A stretch of DNA of 44,522 nt, taken from contig JBBUDB010000017.1 in assembly GCA_038057515.1 (NCBI GenBank), positions 1 through 44,522 on the forward strand, in the 5' to 3' direction. Positions 1 to 8,436 of this stretch are shown here, piece by piece. The translations under genes were made by a program, and so were the position numbers. This DNA comes from Patescibacteria group bacterium (GTDB lineage Bacteria > Patescibacteriota > Minisyncoccia > UBA6257 > 2-01-FULL-56-20). The first letter of the stretch is position 1; every line of letters begins with the position of its first letter. Below the pieces are notes generated by a model. It was given only the letters and a program-made list of their open reading frames with translations, did not search any database and had not been told where the DNA came from.

Positions 1-176
1 AATCGGCTCTCGCCGCAGGAACGTCTATTCGCTGATCTCTCAGCGAGGCAGGAGGTAAGAAACCCATTTCCGCCCTCGTGTCTCGCTGAAAACTCAATTC
101 AATGTTCTGCGTACATTATACCACACAAATTGCCAATCTGTCAATATGCCTCCCGGGCCTTGTTTTCCAGGGCTTC

Positions 177-205
177 TTGACCCTGGGCGGCGGAAGAAAT
201 ACAAT
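177..205 (+). promoter_or_regulatory. candidate sigma70-type promoter upstream of rny
   Basis: TTGACC (177-182), 17-nt spacer, TACAAT (200-205). An AT-rich leader of about 100 nt precedes the ATG at 308. Confidence 0.3.
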
Positions 206-307
206 AATGATGTTGCTTACTATTACTAACAAACGTCAATAAACCGATTCCTGAAGAATTCATGCCATTTACTTCTACGGTTCAGAAGAATTTAGGGATC
301 CACATCT

Positions 308-1834
308 ATGGGTACAACAGCACTACTCCTCGGAGCGGTTGGTTTGGGGTTGGGATTAGCGGCCGGATACTTCGGTAGGCGGGCCATCGCCGGTCAAGCC
401 GGTAAAGATGCCGATACCGAGATAACCAAAAAGATCTCGGGCGCCGAGTCGCAGGCCAAAGAGATCATTCTTGAAGCGAAAGAAAAAGCCGCCGCCACGC
501 TCACCGAGGCGCAGAATGAAGAACGCGAAAGGAAGCGGGAGATATCCGCTATTGAAACACGCCTCTTGAAGCGCGAAGAACTCTTGGATGAGCGGGGCGG
601 CACGCTCGACAAGGAGTCATCCGCGGTGAAGCGCCAGGCGGAAGAGTTGAAGACCCGTGAAACGGAGGTGGCTGGTTTGCGCGCCGAGATCGTCACGCGC
701 CTTGAGCGCGTCGGCGGCCTCTCGGCCGATGAGGCCAAGACCGAGATCGTGCGCCAGGTGAAGCAGGCGAACGAACGCGACCTGGCCGACTCTCTTCAGA
801 AGCTCATGAAAGGACGTCACGATGAGCTTGAGGCCAAGGCCGGCGAGGTGGTGACGGTTGCCCTCCAGCGCTTCGCGCGGAGCCATGTTGCCGAGATCAC
901 CACTTCCCAGCTCCCCTTAAAAGACGACGACATGAAGGGCAAGATCATCGGCCGCGAGGGCCGTAACATTCGGGCCTTGGAACGGGCGACGGGCGTGGAG
1001 CTTATCGTTGATGAGGCGCCGGACACGATAATCATTTCGTCTTTCGACCCCTACCGCCGCGAGGTGGCCCGGCTCGCGCTCCAAAAGCTCATCAAGGACG
1101 GCCGCATTCAACCGGCGAAGATCGAAGAGAAGGTGGAGGAAGCGAAGGCCGAGCTCCAAAAGCGCATCGGCGAGATCGGCGACGCCGCCGCGACCGAAGT
1201 CGGCGTCTACGGTTTGCCGCCGGAGATACTCCAGCTTCTCGGCCGGCTTCAATTCCGCACGAGCTACGGTCAGAACGTGCTCCAGCACTCCATCGAAATG
1301 GCTCATGTCGCCGCCATGATGGCCGGCGAGCTCGGCTTGAACGTCGAGGTGACGAGGAAGGGGGCGCTTCTTCACGATATCGGCAAGGCCATCGACCACG
1401 ATGTCGAAGGCACGCACGTGGAATTGGGCCGAAAGCTTTTGAAAAAGTACGGCATTGAGGAGTCGGTAATCGAAGCGATGCAGTCCCACCATGAGGATTA
1501 TCCCTATGCCCGGCCGGAGGCCTACGTGGTGACCGCCGCCGACGTCTTGTCGGCCGCTCGCCCCGGGGCGCGCCGCGACAACCTCGAGAACTACATCAAG
1601 CGTCTGGGTGACCTCGAAAAGATCGCCACCGACTTCCCGGGCGTGAAGACAGCTTATGCCATTTCGGCCGGGCGGGAATTGCGCGTTTTCGTGACGCCGG
1701 AGAAGATAGACGATTTCCGGGCTCTCGAGCTGGCTCGCGAGATTGCGAACCGCGTCCAATCCGAGCTAAAATACCCGGGCGAGATAAAAGTGAACGTGAT
1801 CCGCGAAGTCCGAGCGGTGGAATACGCTCGCTAG
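308..1834 (+). CDS. rny: ribonuclease Y
   Basis: N-terminal hydrophobic anchor, long charged coiled-coil region, KH motif GKIIGREGRNIRALE, HD domain LLHDIGKA..HHE. The length (508 aa) is typical. Confidence 0.9.
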   Translation: MGTTALLLGAVGLGLGLAAGYFGRRAIAGQAGKDADTEITKKISGAESQAKEIILEAKEKAAATLTEAQNEERERKREISAIETRLLKREELLDERGGTLDKESSAVKRQAEELKTRETEVAGLRAEIVTRLERVGGLSADEAKTEIVRQVKQANERDLADSLQKLMKGRHDELEAKAGEVVTVALQRFARSHVAEITTSQLPLKDDDMKGKIIGREGRNIRALERATGVELIVDEAPDTIIISSFDPYRREVARLALQKLIKDGRIQPAKIEEKVEEAKAELQKRIGEIGDAAATEVGVYGLPPEILQLLGRLQFRTSYGQNVLQHSIEMAHVAAMMAGELGLNVEVTRKGALLHDIGKAIDHDVEGTHVELGRKLLKKYGIEESVIEAMQSHHEDYPYARPEAYVVTAADVLSAARPGARRDNLENYIKRLGDLEKIATDFPGVKTAYAISAGRELRVFVTPEKIDDFRALELAREIANRVQSELKYPGEIKVNVIREVRAVEYAR

Positions 1835-1850
1835 TACGCGCCGATTCATA

Positions 1851-3275
1851 ATGCCATTCTCTAGTTCTCTAGCGCACCAATCTACTCGACCCATGTCCAT
1901 CACACTTTTCGGCATGGCCCGAACCGCCGTTTACGCGGCGCTCTTTTCGGTTCTTATCGTGATGTCGTCGACCTTCTTCCCGTTCATCGGGGGAAAATAT
2001 TATTTCTTCCGCGCGGCGGTGGAACTCGGCGTCATCTTCCTCCTGCTCTGGTGGGCCTTTGAGGCCCGGGCCGGCGTGCTGGAGGCGAAACTCCGGAAAA
2101 TCTTCCGCGAGCCGATCGTCGTCGCGGTATCGCTCTTCGCCTTCATGTTCCTCCTCGCGAGCTTGTTCGCTTACGACGCGCACGGAGCGTTCTGGTCCAA
2201 CTACGAGCGCGGCGAGGGCGGCTTCCAGATGCTCCACTACTATGCCTTTTTTCTTTTGCTTGTTCTGCTCTTCGACAAAGAAGACGAGTGGCGATACATC
2301 TTCAAGCTGTCGCTCGTGGCCGCCCTTGGCATGATCCTCTACGGCATCGCGGCGGCGTCGTTCCGCGATGGCTTCGTGGGGCCGTATGGTCAGACAGGCG
2401 GCTCGACGCTCCTCGCGCGGCTATTCCAGAAAGACGCTCGTTTTCAGGGTTCGCTTGGTAATCCGGCCTATGTCGCGCCGTACCTTCTTTTCTCGATGTT
2501 CTATGTCGGATATTTGTGGCTGTCGCGTAAGGCGAAAGCCGCACCGTGGCGGCGCATCGCCTGGTACAGCGGTCTTCTCGTTTTCTTTCTGGTCTTCTTC
2601 GTTCAGAGCCAGACCCGTGGCGCTTTTTTGGGACTTGCGGCGGGCGTGGGCGTGACGCTTCTCTACCTCGTCTTCCGCGACCGACGCTTGCGAAAACCGG
2701 CCATCGGTCTGGCTGTTACCATTCTCGCGCTCTGGGGCGGGTTCTACGCCAATCGGGAAAATCCGGCCATTCAAGCGATTCCTGGGAGTCGCTTCCTCAC
2801 CATTAATATTGCGGAGCGAACCGCCGAGACCAGGTTCTGGACCTGGGGTTCGGCGCGGGCCGGTTTTGCCGAGCGGCCGATATTCGGCTGGGGTCCGGAA
2901 AATTTTAGCACCGTCTTCGACAAGTATTTCGACCCCCGTCACTTCATCCCGGGCGCGAATACCGAGACGTGGTTCGATCGGGCCCACAGCGTTTTCTTCG
3001 ACTACCTCGCCGAAACCGGCCTCTTGGGATTCTTGAGTTATCTCGGCATGTTCGTGGTCTTCTTCTGGCAGTTCAAGAAGCGTCTCGTGGCCTCGGCTGG
3101 TCACGGTTCGCTCTTCGGCCATAGACCCGTTGTCGACGCGCTTGTTTTGGCCATGCCCGTCGCCTATCTCGTCCAAGGCCTCGTGCTCTTCGACGTTTTG
3201 CCCATCTACCTCAACCTCTTCTTCTTCCTCGCCTTTGCGAACTTCCTATTTACGCGCCATGAGCCAAAACCATGA
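1851..3275 (+). CDS. O-antigen ligase/polymerase-like (Wzy_C family) polytopic membrane protein
   Basis: Many hydrophobic segments. Wzy_C-like loop QSQTRGAFLGLAAG. The true start may be the ATG at 1893 (MSITLFG), which would place the CTCTAG tandem repeat in the leader. Confidence 0.6.
   Translation: MPFSSSLAHQSTRPMSITLFGMARTAVYAALFSVLIVMSSTFFPFIGGKYYFFRAAVELGVIFLLLWWAFEARAGVLEAKLRKIFREPIVVAVSLFAFMFLLASLFAYDAHGAFWSNYERGEGGFQMLHYYAFFLLLVLLFDKEDEWRYIFKLSLVAALGMILYGIAAASFRDGFVGPYGQTGGSTLLARLFQKDARFQGSLGNPAYVAPYLLFSMFYVGYLWLSRKAKAAPWRRIAWYSGLLVFFLVFFVQSQTRGAFLGLAAGVGVTLLYLVFRDRRLRKPAIGLAVTILALWGGFYANRENPAIQAIPGSRFLTINIAERTAETRFWTWGSARAGFAERPIFGWGPENFSTVFDKYFDPRHFIPGANTETWFDRAHSVFFDYLAETGLLGFLSYLGMFVVFFWQFKKRLVASAGHGSLFGHRPVVDALVLAMPVAYLVQGLVLFDVLPIYLNLFFFLAFANFLFTRHEPKP
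1857..1872 (+). repeat. perfect tandem 8-mer TTCTCTAG x2
   Basis: ttctctag ttctctag read directly. It ends 21 nt before the ATG at 1893. A related CTCTAG-T-CTCTAG lies 22 nt before the htpX ATG. Confidence 0.8.
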
Positions 3276-3928
3276 CAGAACCCGTTAAACAACTTATCGC
3301 CGTTGCGGCCGCCATTCTTCTCTCCGCCGTCGGGTACTACGGGAACTATCTGCCGCTCGCGAAGTCACAGTCGTTCATCGATACGATGCGCAAAGCCAAC
3401 TCCGGTCAGTATCGTACCGTGGCCGAGTTTGAGAACGGCTTCCGCGCAGTGCTCGACGCCCCGTCGCCCATCGGCCAAGAAGAGCTCGTGCGCAATTTGG
3501 GCTCGATTGTCATGTCGGCCGTGGGCGGGAGCGCGAATAACCCCAAGGTCATCGAAGAGCTCATTAAGTTCATTTCGGAATATTATGACCCCATCATCCA
3601 GAGCGGTCGGGGCATGAGCTCCGGACAGAACGTATTCGTTATGGGCAGCATCAATCAGCTGGCCGGCGTTCGTACTAAAGATCCGAGGTATTTTGAGGCG
3701 GCCAAGCGATATTACTTGCGCGGCCTTGAATCGGCCCCGATCCGGCCGCAGTACCTCTACGGTCTTTTCGATGTCTATCGCAACGGGGGCGATATAGAGA
3801 ACGCGAAGCTTATTGGTGAACGAATTCTTTCGATTTGGCCAACCGATGACCGTCTTCAAAAAATACTCGACGACTTTTTAGCGGCGAGCGCACAGCCGAC
3901 TTCGACTAAGAAGACCGGCACAAGATAG
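3272..3928 (+). CDS. hypothetical membrane-anchored protein, TPR-like C-terminus
   Basis: ATGA start/stop overlap with the upstream Wzy_C gene. One N-terminal hydrophobic helix. No catalytic motif recognised. Confidence 0.5.
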   Translation: MTEPVKQLIAVAAAILLSAVGYYGNYLPLAKSQSFIDTMRKANSGQYRTVAEFENGFRAVLDAPSPIGQEELVRNLGSIVMSAVGGSANNPKVIEELIKFISEYYDPIIQSGRGMSSGQNVFVMGSINQLAGVRTKDPRYFEAAKRYYLRGLESAPIRPQYLYGLFDVYRNGGDIENAKLIGERILSIWPTDDRLQKILDDFLAASAQPTSTKKTGTR

Positions 3929-3931
3929 CCC

Positions 3932-4933
3932 ATGAAAAAAGCCCTTATCTTCGGCATCACCGGCCAGGACGGGAGCTATTTGGCCGAACTCCTCTCCGGG
4001 AAAGAATACGAGGTGCATGGTGTCGTCCGTCGCGTCTCGACAATGAGCCGCCAGCGCCTCGACCGGCTTCATCCCGACCCGCACAGCCCGGCGCTCAAGG
4101 TTACGCTACACTACGGCGATGTGGGGGATGTATCAAGCATTCGGAGCATTATCCAGAAGTCGGCGCCGGACGAGGTGTACAACCTCGCCGCCCAGTCGCA
4201 CGTCCGCATTTCTTTCGACATCCCCGAGTATACGGCGGATGTCACCGGGCTCGGCACGTTGCGGATACTCGAAGCTTTGAAGGACTACGAAACCGCGACG
4301 GGCAAACGAGTTAAATTCTATCAGGCCTCGTCTTCGGAGATGTTCGGCTCGTCGCCGCCGCCCCAGAGCGAGACGACGCCCTTCCATCCCCGAAGCCCAT
4401 ACGCCATCGCTAAGGTGTTCGCCTATTGGACCACGGTGAACTATCGCGAGGCCTACGGCCTACACGCGGTGAACGGCATTCTTTTCAATCACGAATCACC
4501 CCGGCGCGGCGAGAACTTCGTGACCCGCAAGATCACCCGCGGCATCGCCGAGATCAAAACCGGTCTGGCGAAGAAAATATATCTTGGGAATCTCGAGGCG
4601 AAACGCGACTGGGGCTACGCCCCCGAATACGTGGAGGTTATGTGGCGGATGTTGCAAGAGGACGAGCCCGACGATTACGTCATCGGCACGGGCGAGAGCC
4701 ACTCGGTAGGGGATTTTTTGGAAACCGCCTTTCGCCACGCCGGACTGGGGGACTGGCAGTCGTACGTCGAGATCGATCCGCGTTACTATCGTCCGGCCGA
4801 GGTGGATAATCTAGTTGCCGATACCAGAAAGGCGAAAACAAAACTCGGCTGGGAGGCAAAGGTAAAGTTCGACGAGCTTGCGAAAATCATGGTCGAGGCC
4901 GATCTCGTAAGGTTCGGTATCGAGAAGAACTAA
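3932..4933 (+). CDS. gmd: GDP-mannose 4,6-dehydratase
   Basis: [21 protein letters not shown] Rossmann start, [17 protein letters not shown] (YxxxK), [17 protein letters not shown]. These are classic Gmd blocks. Confidence 0.9.
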   Translation: MKKALIFGITGQDGSYLAELLSGKEYEVHGVVRRVSTMSRQRLDRLHPDPHSPALKVTLHYGDVGDVSSIRSIIQKSAPDEVYNLAAQSHVRISFDIPEYTADVTGLGTLRILEALKDYETATGKRVKFYQASSSEMFGSSPPPQSETTPFHPRSPYAIAKVFAYWTTVNYREAYGLHAVNGILFNHESPRRGENFVTRKITRGIAEIKTGLAKKIYLGNLEAKRDWGYAPEYVEVMWRMLQEDEPDDYVIGTGESHSVGDFLETAFRHAGLGDWQSYVEIDPRYYRPAEVDNLVADTRKAKTKLGWEAKVKFDELAKIMVEADLVRFGIEKN

Positions 4934-4942
4934 GTTCCAGCA

Positions 4943-5590
4943 GTGATCCTATTTATCATGCGCGCAATGAACACGAATATAGGTTCTTATCTGAATCGAC
5001 TTAAGCAAAAGCTGTACCTGCGTTTCAAGCGAGAGTACTTAGGGAATATGGCCCGGAAACAAAAGAAACTGGCTGGGAGGCCGCTTCGGATTTTAGAGAT
5101 CGGCGCTCTTATGGGAGAAAGCGCAGCCATTCTTTCTCGGCACGGGAAAGTTCTGACAGTTGATACTTGGGAAAATCCAGAAATGAAAAAGGAATTCTTG
5201 CGCCGGACTGCGAATAAGAATGTAGAGTACGTTCAGGGGAACAGCATGGATGTTCTGCCAAAACTGGAGAGTAGCTAAGATTTCATCTATGTTGATGGCT
5301 CCCATCACCATACCGAAACAATGTCGGATATTGAGAACTCCAAACGATTGGTAGACAATGGCGGTATCATCGTTGGTGACGACTTTGATTTGTCGATCAA
5401 CGAAGTTGATCGGCAGGCCCTGGGGAGGGTTCGAGAGACCGACGTTGCGAGAGATCCAAAAACGGGAAAGTTATGCCATCCCGGCGTGACCTTGGCCATC
5501 GCTGGGCAGTTCGGCGATTGGGTTAAAAAGGTGCCACATACATTTTGGGCGGTCCGAAAGATCGACGATAAGTTTGTGAACGCGTTATAA
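4943..5590 (+). pseudogene. class I SAM-dependent methyltransferase interrupted by an in-frame TAA
   Basis: ORFs 4943-5278 and 5321-5590 are in the same frame. TAA at 5276-5278 sits in ...LPKLESS*DFIYVDGSHHHTE...GGIIVGDDF, the usual xFDFIFIDGxH / GGxIvxDD methyltransferase blocks. Lower G+C than the flanks. Confidence 0.6.
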
Positions 5591-5653
5591 AGCTGGCTTG
5601 GGCAGGAGAATAAACTGTCGGGAGAGTTCATCCGGTTCGCGCCCGACAGCGGT

Positions 5654-5681
5654 TTGACTTTTTCTGCGTATATAGTAGAAT
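5654..5681 (+). promoter_or_regulatory. candidate promoter for the Nudix gene
   Basis: TTGACT (5654-5659), 16 nt, TAGAAT (5676-5681). The leader carries a 9-bp GGAA-tetraloop hairpin and the SD GGGGAGG before the ATG at 5734. Confidence 0.45.
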
Positions 5682-5733
5682 ATCGGCCAGCATAGCGTTC
5701 CTGCGGAAGCAGGAGCGTTAGGGGAGGTATGCC

Positions 5734-6282
5734 ATGAAGATCCCGGTGCCGATCGGTGGGCCGGAGGTCGTGTGGAAGAAGTACGGCAAGTCGGTCGTGC
5801 GACAGGACTTCCGCTACCCTGACGGTTCGACGAGAGACTTCTACTTCTGGGGCGGCGGCCGTCCGGCCATAGTGCTCGCGATCACGAAGGACGGCAACGT
5901 CGTTGCGGGTCGTCAGTTTCGCCACGGCGTGAACGCTGTGGTCGACGAGATCCCCGGCGGTCACCGCGACTCGGACGAGGAGACTCTCGTCGACGCCCTA
6001 CGCCGCGAACTTCGCGAGGAAGTCGGCGTCGAAGCCGGCCGTCTCATCGAGCTTCCGTGGTTCTACCTCGACCCGCCGTCGAACGGCGTCGTCGTGACCC
6101 CCTTCCTCGCTCTCGACTGCGAGCGGGTCGGCGGCCAGAACCTCGACTCAACCGAGGTCGTCGAAGTACTCGAGTTGCCGGTGCGCGAGTGGTACGCGCG
6201 GATGCGTCAGCCGGGCGGCGACGCGAAGACGCAGGTCGCGAGCTTCCTCGCGATGCCGTACCTCGAGCAGTACCTCGAGTAG
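5734..6282 (+). CDS. Nudix hydrolase, nucleoside-diphosphate-sugar pyrophosphatase type (NudF/NudK-like)
   Basis: Canonical Nudix box GGHRDSDEETLVDALRRELREEVGV. About 180 aa with an N-terminal beta domain, as in ADP-ribose / GDP-mannose pyrophosphatases. Confidence 0.7.
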   Translation: MKIPVPIGGPEVVWKKYGKSVVRQDFRYPDGSTRDFYFWGGGRPAIVLAITKDGNVVAGRQFRHGVNAVVDEIPGGHRDSDEETLVDALRRELREEVGVEAGRLIELPWFYLDPPSNGVVVTPFLALDCERVGGQNLDSTEVVEVLELPVREWYARMRQPGGDAKTQVASFLAMPYLEQYLE

Positions 6283-6359
6283 GTTCTCGAGGAGGCTCAT
6301 CATCACGGCGCGTTTCCCAGATACATCGGGGGACGCGCCGTTCGCATTTCAGGCCGACA

Positions 6360-6388
6360 TTGATTTCTTTATTTAGTTAATGCATAAT
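6360..6388 (+). promoter_or_regulatory. candidate promoter for the IMPase-family gene
   Basis: TTGATT (6360-6365), 17 nt, CATAAT (6383-6388) in an AT-rich spacer. SD GAGGAAGGG lies upstream of the ATG at 6459. Confidence 0.4.
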
Positions 6389-6458
6389 AGCGTCAGCTTT
6401 TGTAGCTCGGAACCAACCGAGCGTTTGATACGGTAAGCCAGAGAGGAAGGGCCGAACA

Positions 6459-7307
6459 ATGAGCAAAGAGACGACGATCGTGGGAGGTTCGTTCGAGGCC
6501 GTTTTCAATCCGGTGATCACCGACGCGCTCATCGCCGCCGGTCGGGAGGCCCTGCGGATCCGTATCTACGGGGCGCTCGGCGTGGAGGAGAAGACCTCCC
6601 CGCAGGACATCGTGACGGAAGCCGACAAGGCCGTCGAGCGTCTGCTCGTCGCGCGCATCGCCGAGCAGTTCCCCCAAGACGGCATCATGGGCGAGGAAGG
6701 CGCTACTCGGAACACCGAGAACGGCAGGGTGTGGTATCTCGATCCCATCGATGGCACTACGAACTTCGCTGCTGGGAGCGACTTCTTCGGCATCTCGGCG
6801 GGTCGGTTTGATGCCGACGGCCGTCCCGAGATAGGAGCCATTCACTTTCCGGCGCTCGCCAACAGGCCGACCGTTTACGCGGTTCGCGGGGGCGGCGCGC
6901 TCCATCGCTCTGATAGGGTGGAAAGAATCGTGACCCCGCTCTTTGACGGCGGTCTCTCGGAGGCCCTCGTCAGTGTTGGGCTCACGAAGGATAAGAGCCA
7001 CATTTTCGCGCCACTTCACTCCAGGGCGCGGAATGTCGTCGCCTTCGGCTCGTTCGTCTACGAGGCGATGCTTGTCGCCGAAGGCAAGCTCGCGGCCTAC
7101 GTCCACACCGGGGCGACCATCTTCGACGTGGCCGCCGCCGTCACCGTCTGTCGCGAGGCGGGGTGCCTCGTTTCGGGCATCCACACGGTCGAGGTGGATT
7201 TCGCCGCAAAGAGGATTCCCATCATGATCACGCGCGGCGAGCGTCTCACGAGCGAGCTCCGCGAGGTCTTCGTCGCAAACTGGATGTCGCCCGATTGGCA
7301 GCCGTAG
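6459..7307 (+). CDS. inositol monophosphatase family sugar-phosphate phosphatase
   Basis: IMPase motifs EEG...WYLDPIDGTTNF and a C-terminal FDVAAA-type block. Confidence 0.75.
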   Translation: MSKETTIVGGSFEAVFNPVITDALIAAGREALRIRIYGALGVEEKTSPQDIVTEADKAVERLLVARIAEQFPQDGIMGEEGATRNTENGRVWYLDPIDGTTNFAAGSDFFGISAGRFDADGRPEIGAIHFPALANRPTVYAVRGGGALHRSDRVERIVTPLFDGGLSEALVSVGLTKDKSHIFAPLHSRARNVVAFGSFVYEAMLVAEGKLAAYVHTGATIFDVAAAVTVCREAGCLVSGIHTVEVDFAAKRIPIMITRGERLTSELREVFVANWMSPDWQP

Positions 7308-7334
7308 CCACGAGGTGGCGTATCGTCAAAAAAA

Positions 7335-7370
7335 GCGCGCGTTTCTCATGTCGGGGAGCGCGCGTCTTTT
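7335..7370 (+). terminator. possible intrinsic terminator after the IMPase gene
   Basis: A-tract, self-complementary GCGCGCG at 7335-7341 and 7358-7364, then TCTTTTGCTCTT. Confidence 0.35.
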
Positions 7371-7383
7371 GCTCTTCGGCGTC

Positions 7384-7413
7384 TTTACGACGTTTTCTTG
7401 CTCGTGCTATGAT
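7384..7413 (+). promoter_or_regulatory. candidate extended -10 promoter, leaderless geometry
   Basis: TTTACG, 18 nt, TGcTATGAT (-10 at 7408-7413). Only 9 nt separate the -10 box from the ATG at 7423. Confidence 0.4.
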
Positions 7414-7422
7414 GGGTGGATT

Positions 7423-8436
7423 ATGAGTGGTTTCGAACCAGCCCGGGGGCAGAAAACAGCCCTCGTTTGCGGCGGCGGCGGGTTTATCGGCAGTCATCTC
7501 GCCCGGCGCCTGAAGGACGAGGGATTCTGGGTGCGCGTCGTGGATCTCAAGCGTCCCGAATTCAGCGAGACGGCCGCGGATGATTTTGTGGTCGGCGATC
7601 TGCGTCATGAGGTGACCTGGGAAAAAGTTCTCGACCGCCCGTTTGACGAGGTGTATCAACTCGCGGCCGATATGGGCGGCGCGGGCTATATATTCACTGG
7701 CGAGCACGACGCCGAGGTGATGCACAACTCGGGGAGCATTAATCTGCACATGGCCCATTACGGCGTCTCCCGTAGCGTCGGCAAGATATTCTATTCTTCA
7801 TCGGCTTGCATTTATCCGGCCTACAACCAGGAAGATCCGGATAATCCGAAGTGTCACGAGGACTCCGCCTATCCGGCCGCGCCCGACAGCGAGTATGGCT
7901 GGGAAAAGCTTTTTAGCGAGCGGATGTATCTCTCGTTCCACCGGAACAACAACCTCGATGTGCGCATTGCTCGTTTCCATAATATTTTCGGACCTGAAGG
8001 CGCCTGGCGCGGCGGACGCGATAAGGCGCCGGCGGCCGTCTGCCGTAAAGTGGCGGAGGCAAAAGATGGCGGCGAGATAGAAATATGGGGAGACGGCAAG
8101 CAGACCCGTTCGTTTCTTTACATTGACGAATGCCTGGAGGGGATACGACGACTGATGGATGCAAAGGACTTCCGCGGCCCGGTCAATATCGGTTCCGAGG
8201 AGATGGTGACCATCAACCAGCTCGCCGGGATGGCCATGGAGATCGCCGGCAAAAAACTCAACATTAACCATGTGCCGGGGCCCCTAGGAGTGCGCGGCCG
8301 GAACTCCGACAACCACCTTATTAAAAGGGAACTCGGCTGGGCGCCGAGCCGACCCCTCCGTGAGGGGCTTGCGAAGACCTACGCCTGGATTGAGGCTCAG
8401 GCTCAACGCCTCAAAGAAACGGAGGCAAAAAAATGA
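7423..8436 (+). CDS. GDP-mannose 3,5-epimerase-like SDR
   Basis: GGGGFIGSH Rossmann motif. The block RFHNIFGPEGAWRGGRDKAPAAVCRK closely matches my recollection of plant GME (RFHNIYGP.G.WKGGREKAPAAFCRK). YGWEK gives YxxxK. The listed ORF starts at 7315 but the N-terminal extension looks non-coding. Confidence 0.7.
   Translation: MSGFEPARGQKTALVCGGGGFIGSHLARRLKDEGFWVRVVDLKRPEFSETAADDFVVGDLRHEVTWEKVLDRPFDEVYQLAADMGGAGYIFTGEHDAEVMHNSGSINLHMAHYGVSRSVGKIFYSSSACIYPAYNQEDPDNPKCHEDSAYPAAPDSEYGWEKLFSERMYLSFHRNNNLDVRIARFHNIFGPEGAWRGGRDKAPAAVCRKVAEAKDGGEIEIWGDGKQTRSFLYIDECLEGIRRLMDAKDFRGPVNIGSEEMVTINQLAGMAMEIAGKKLNINHVPGPLGVRGRNSDNHLIKRELGWAPSRPLREGLAKTYAWIEAQAQRLKETEAKK

Noticed and set aside
253-290. 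Direct repeat GAAGAATT x2 in the rny leader, considered as a possible regulatory element.
   Set aside because: An 8-mer repeated once in a very AT-rich 100-nt leader is within chance expectation, and there is no supporting structure.
917-1759. A 280-aa ORF antisense to rny, and many similar 60-260 aa antisense or out-of-frame ORFs in the track (for example 6393-7184, 8403-9158, 9858-10529, 14802-15587, 20832-21497, 21882-22529, 37144-37926).
   Set aside because: All are nested in genes with strong family signatures, are biased to R/A/G/P and have no start-site signals. This is typical high-GC noise.
5305-5964. A 219-aa minus-strand ORF over the methyltransferase 3' half, the promoter and the Nudix 5' end.
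   Set aside because: It crosses a predicted promoter and SD region and overlaps two plus-strand genes that have recognisable motifs.
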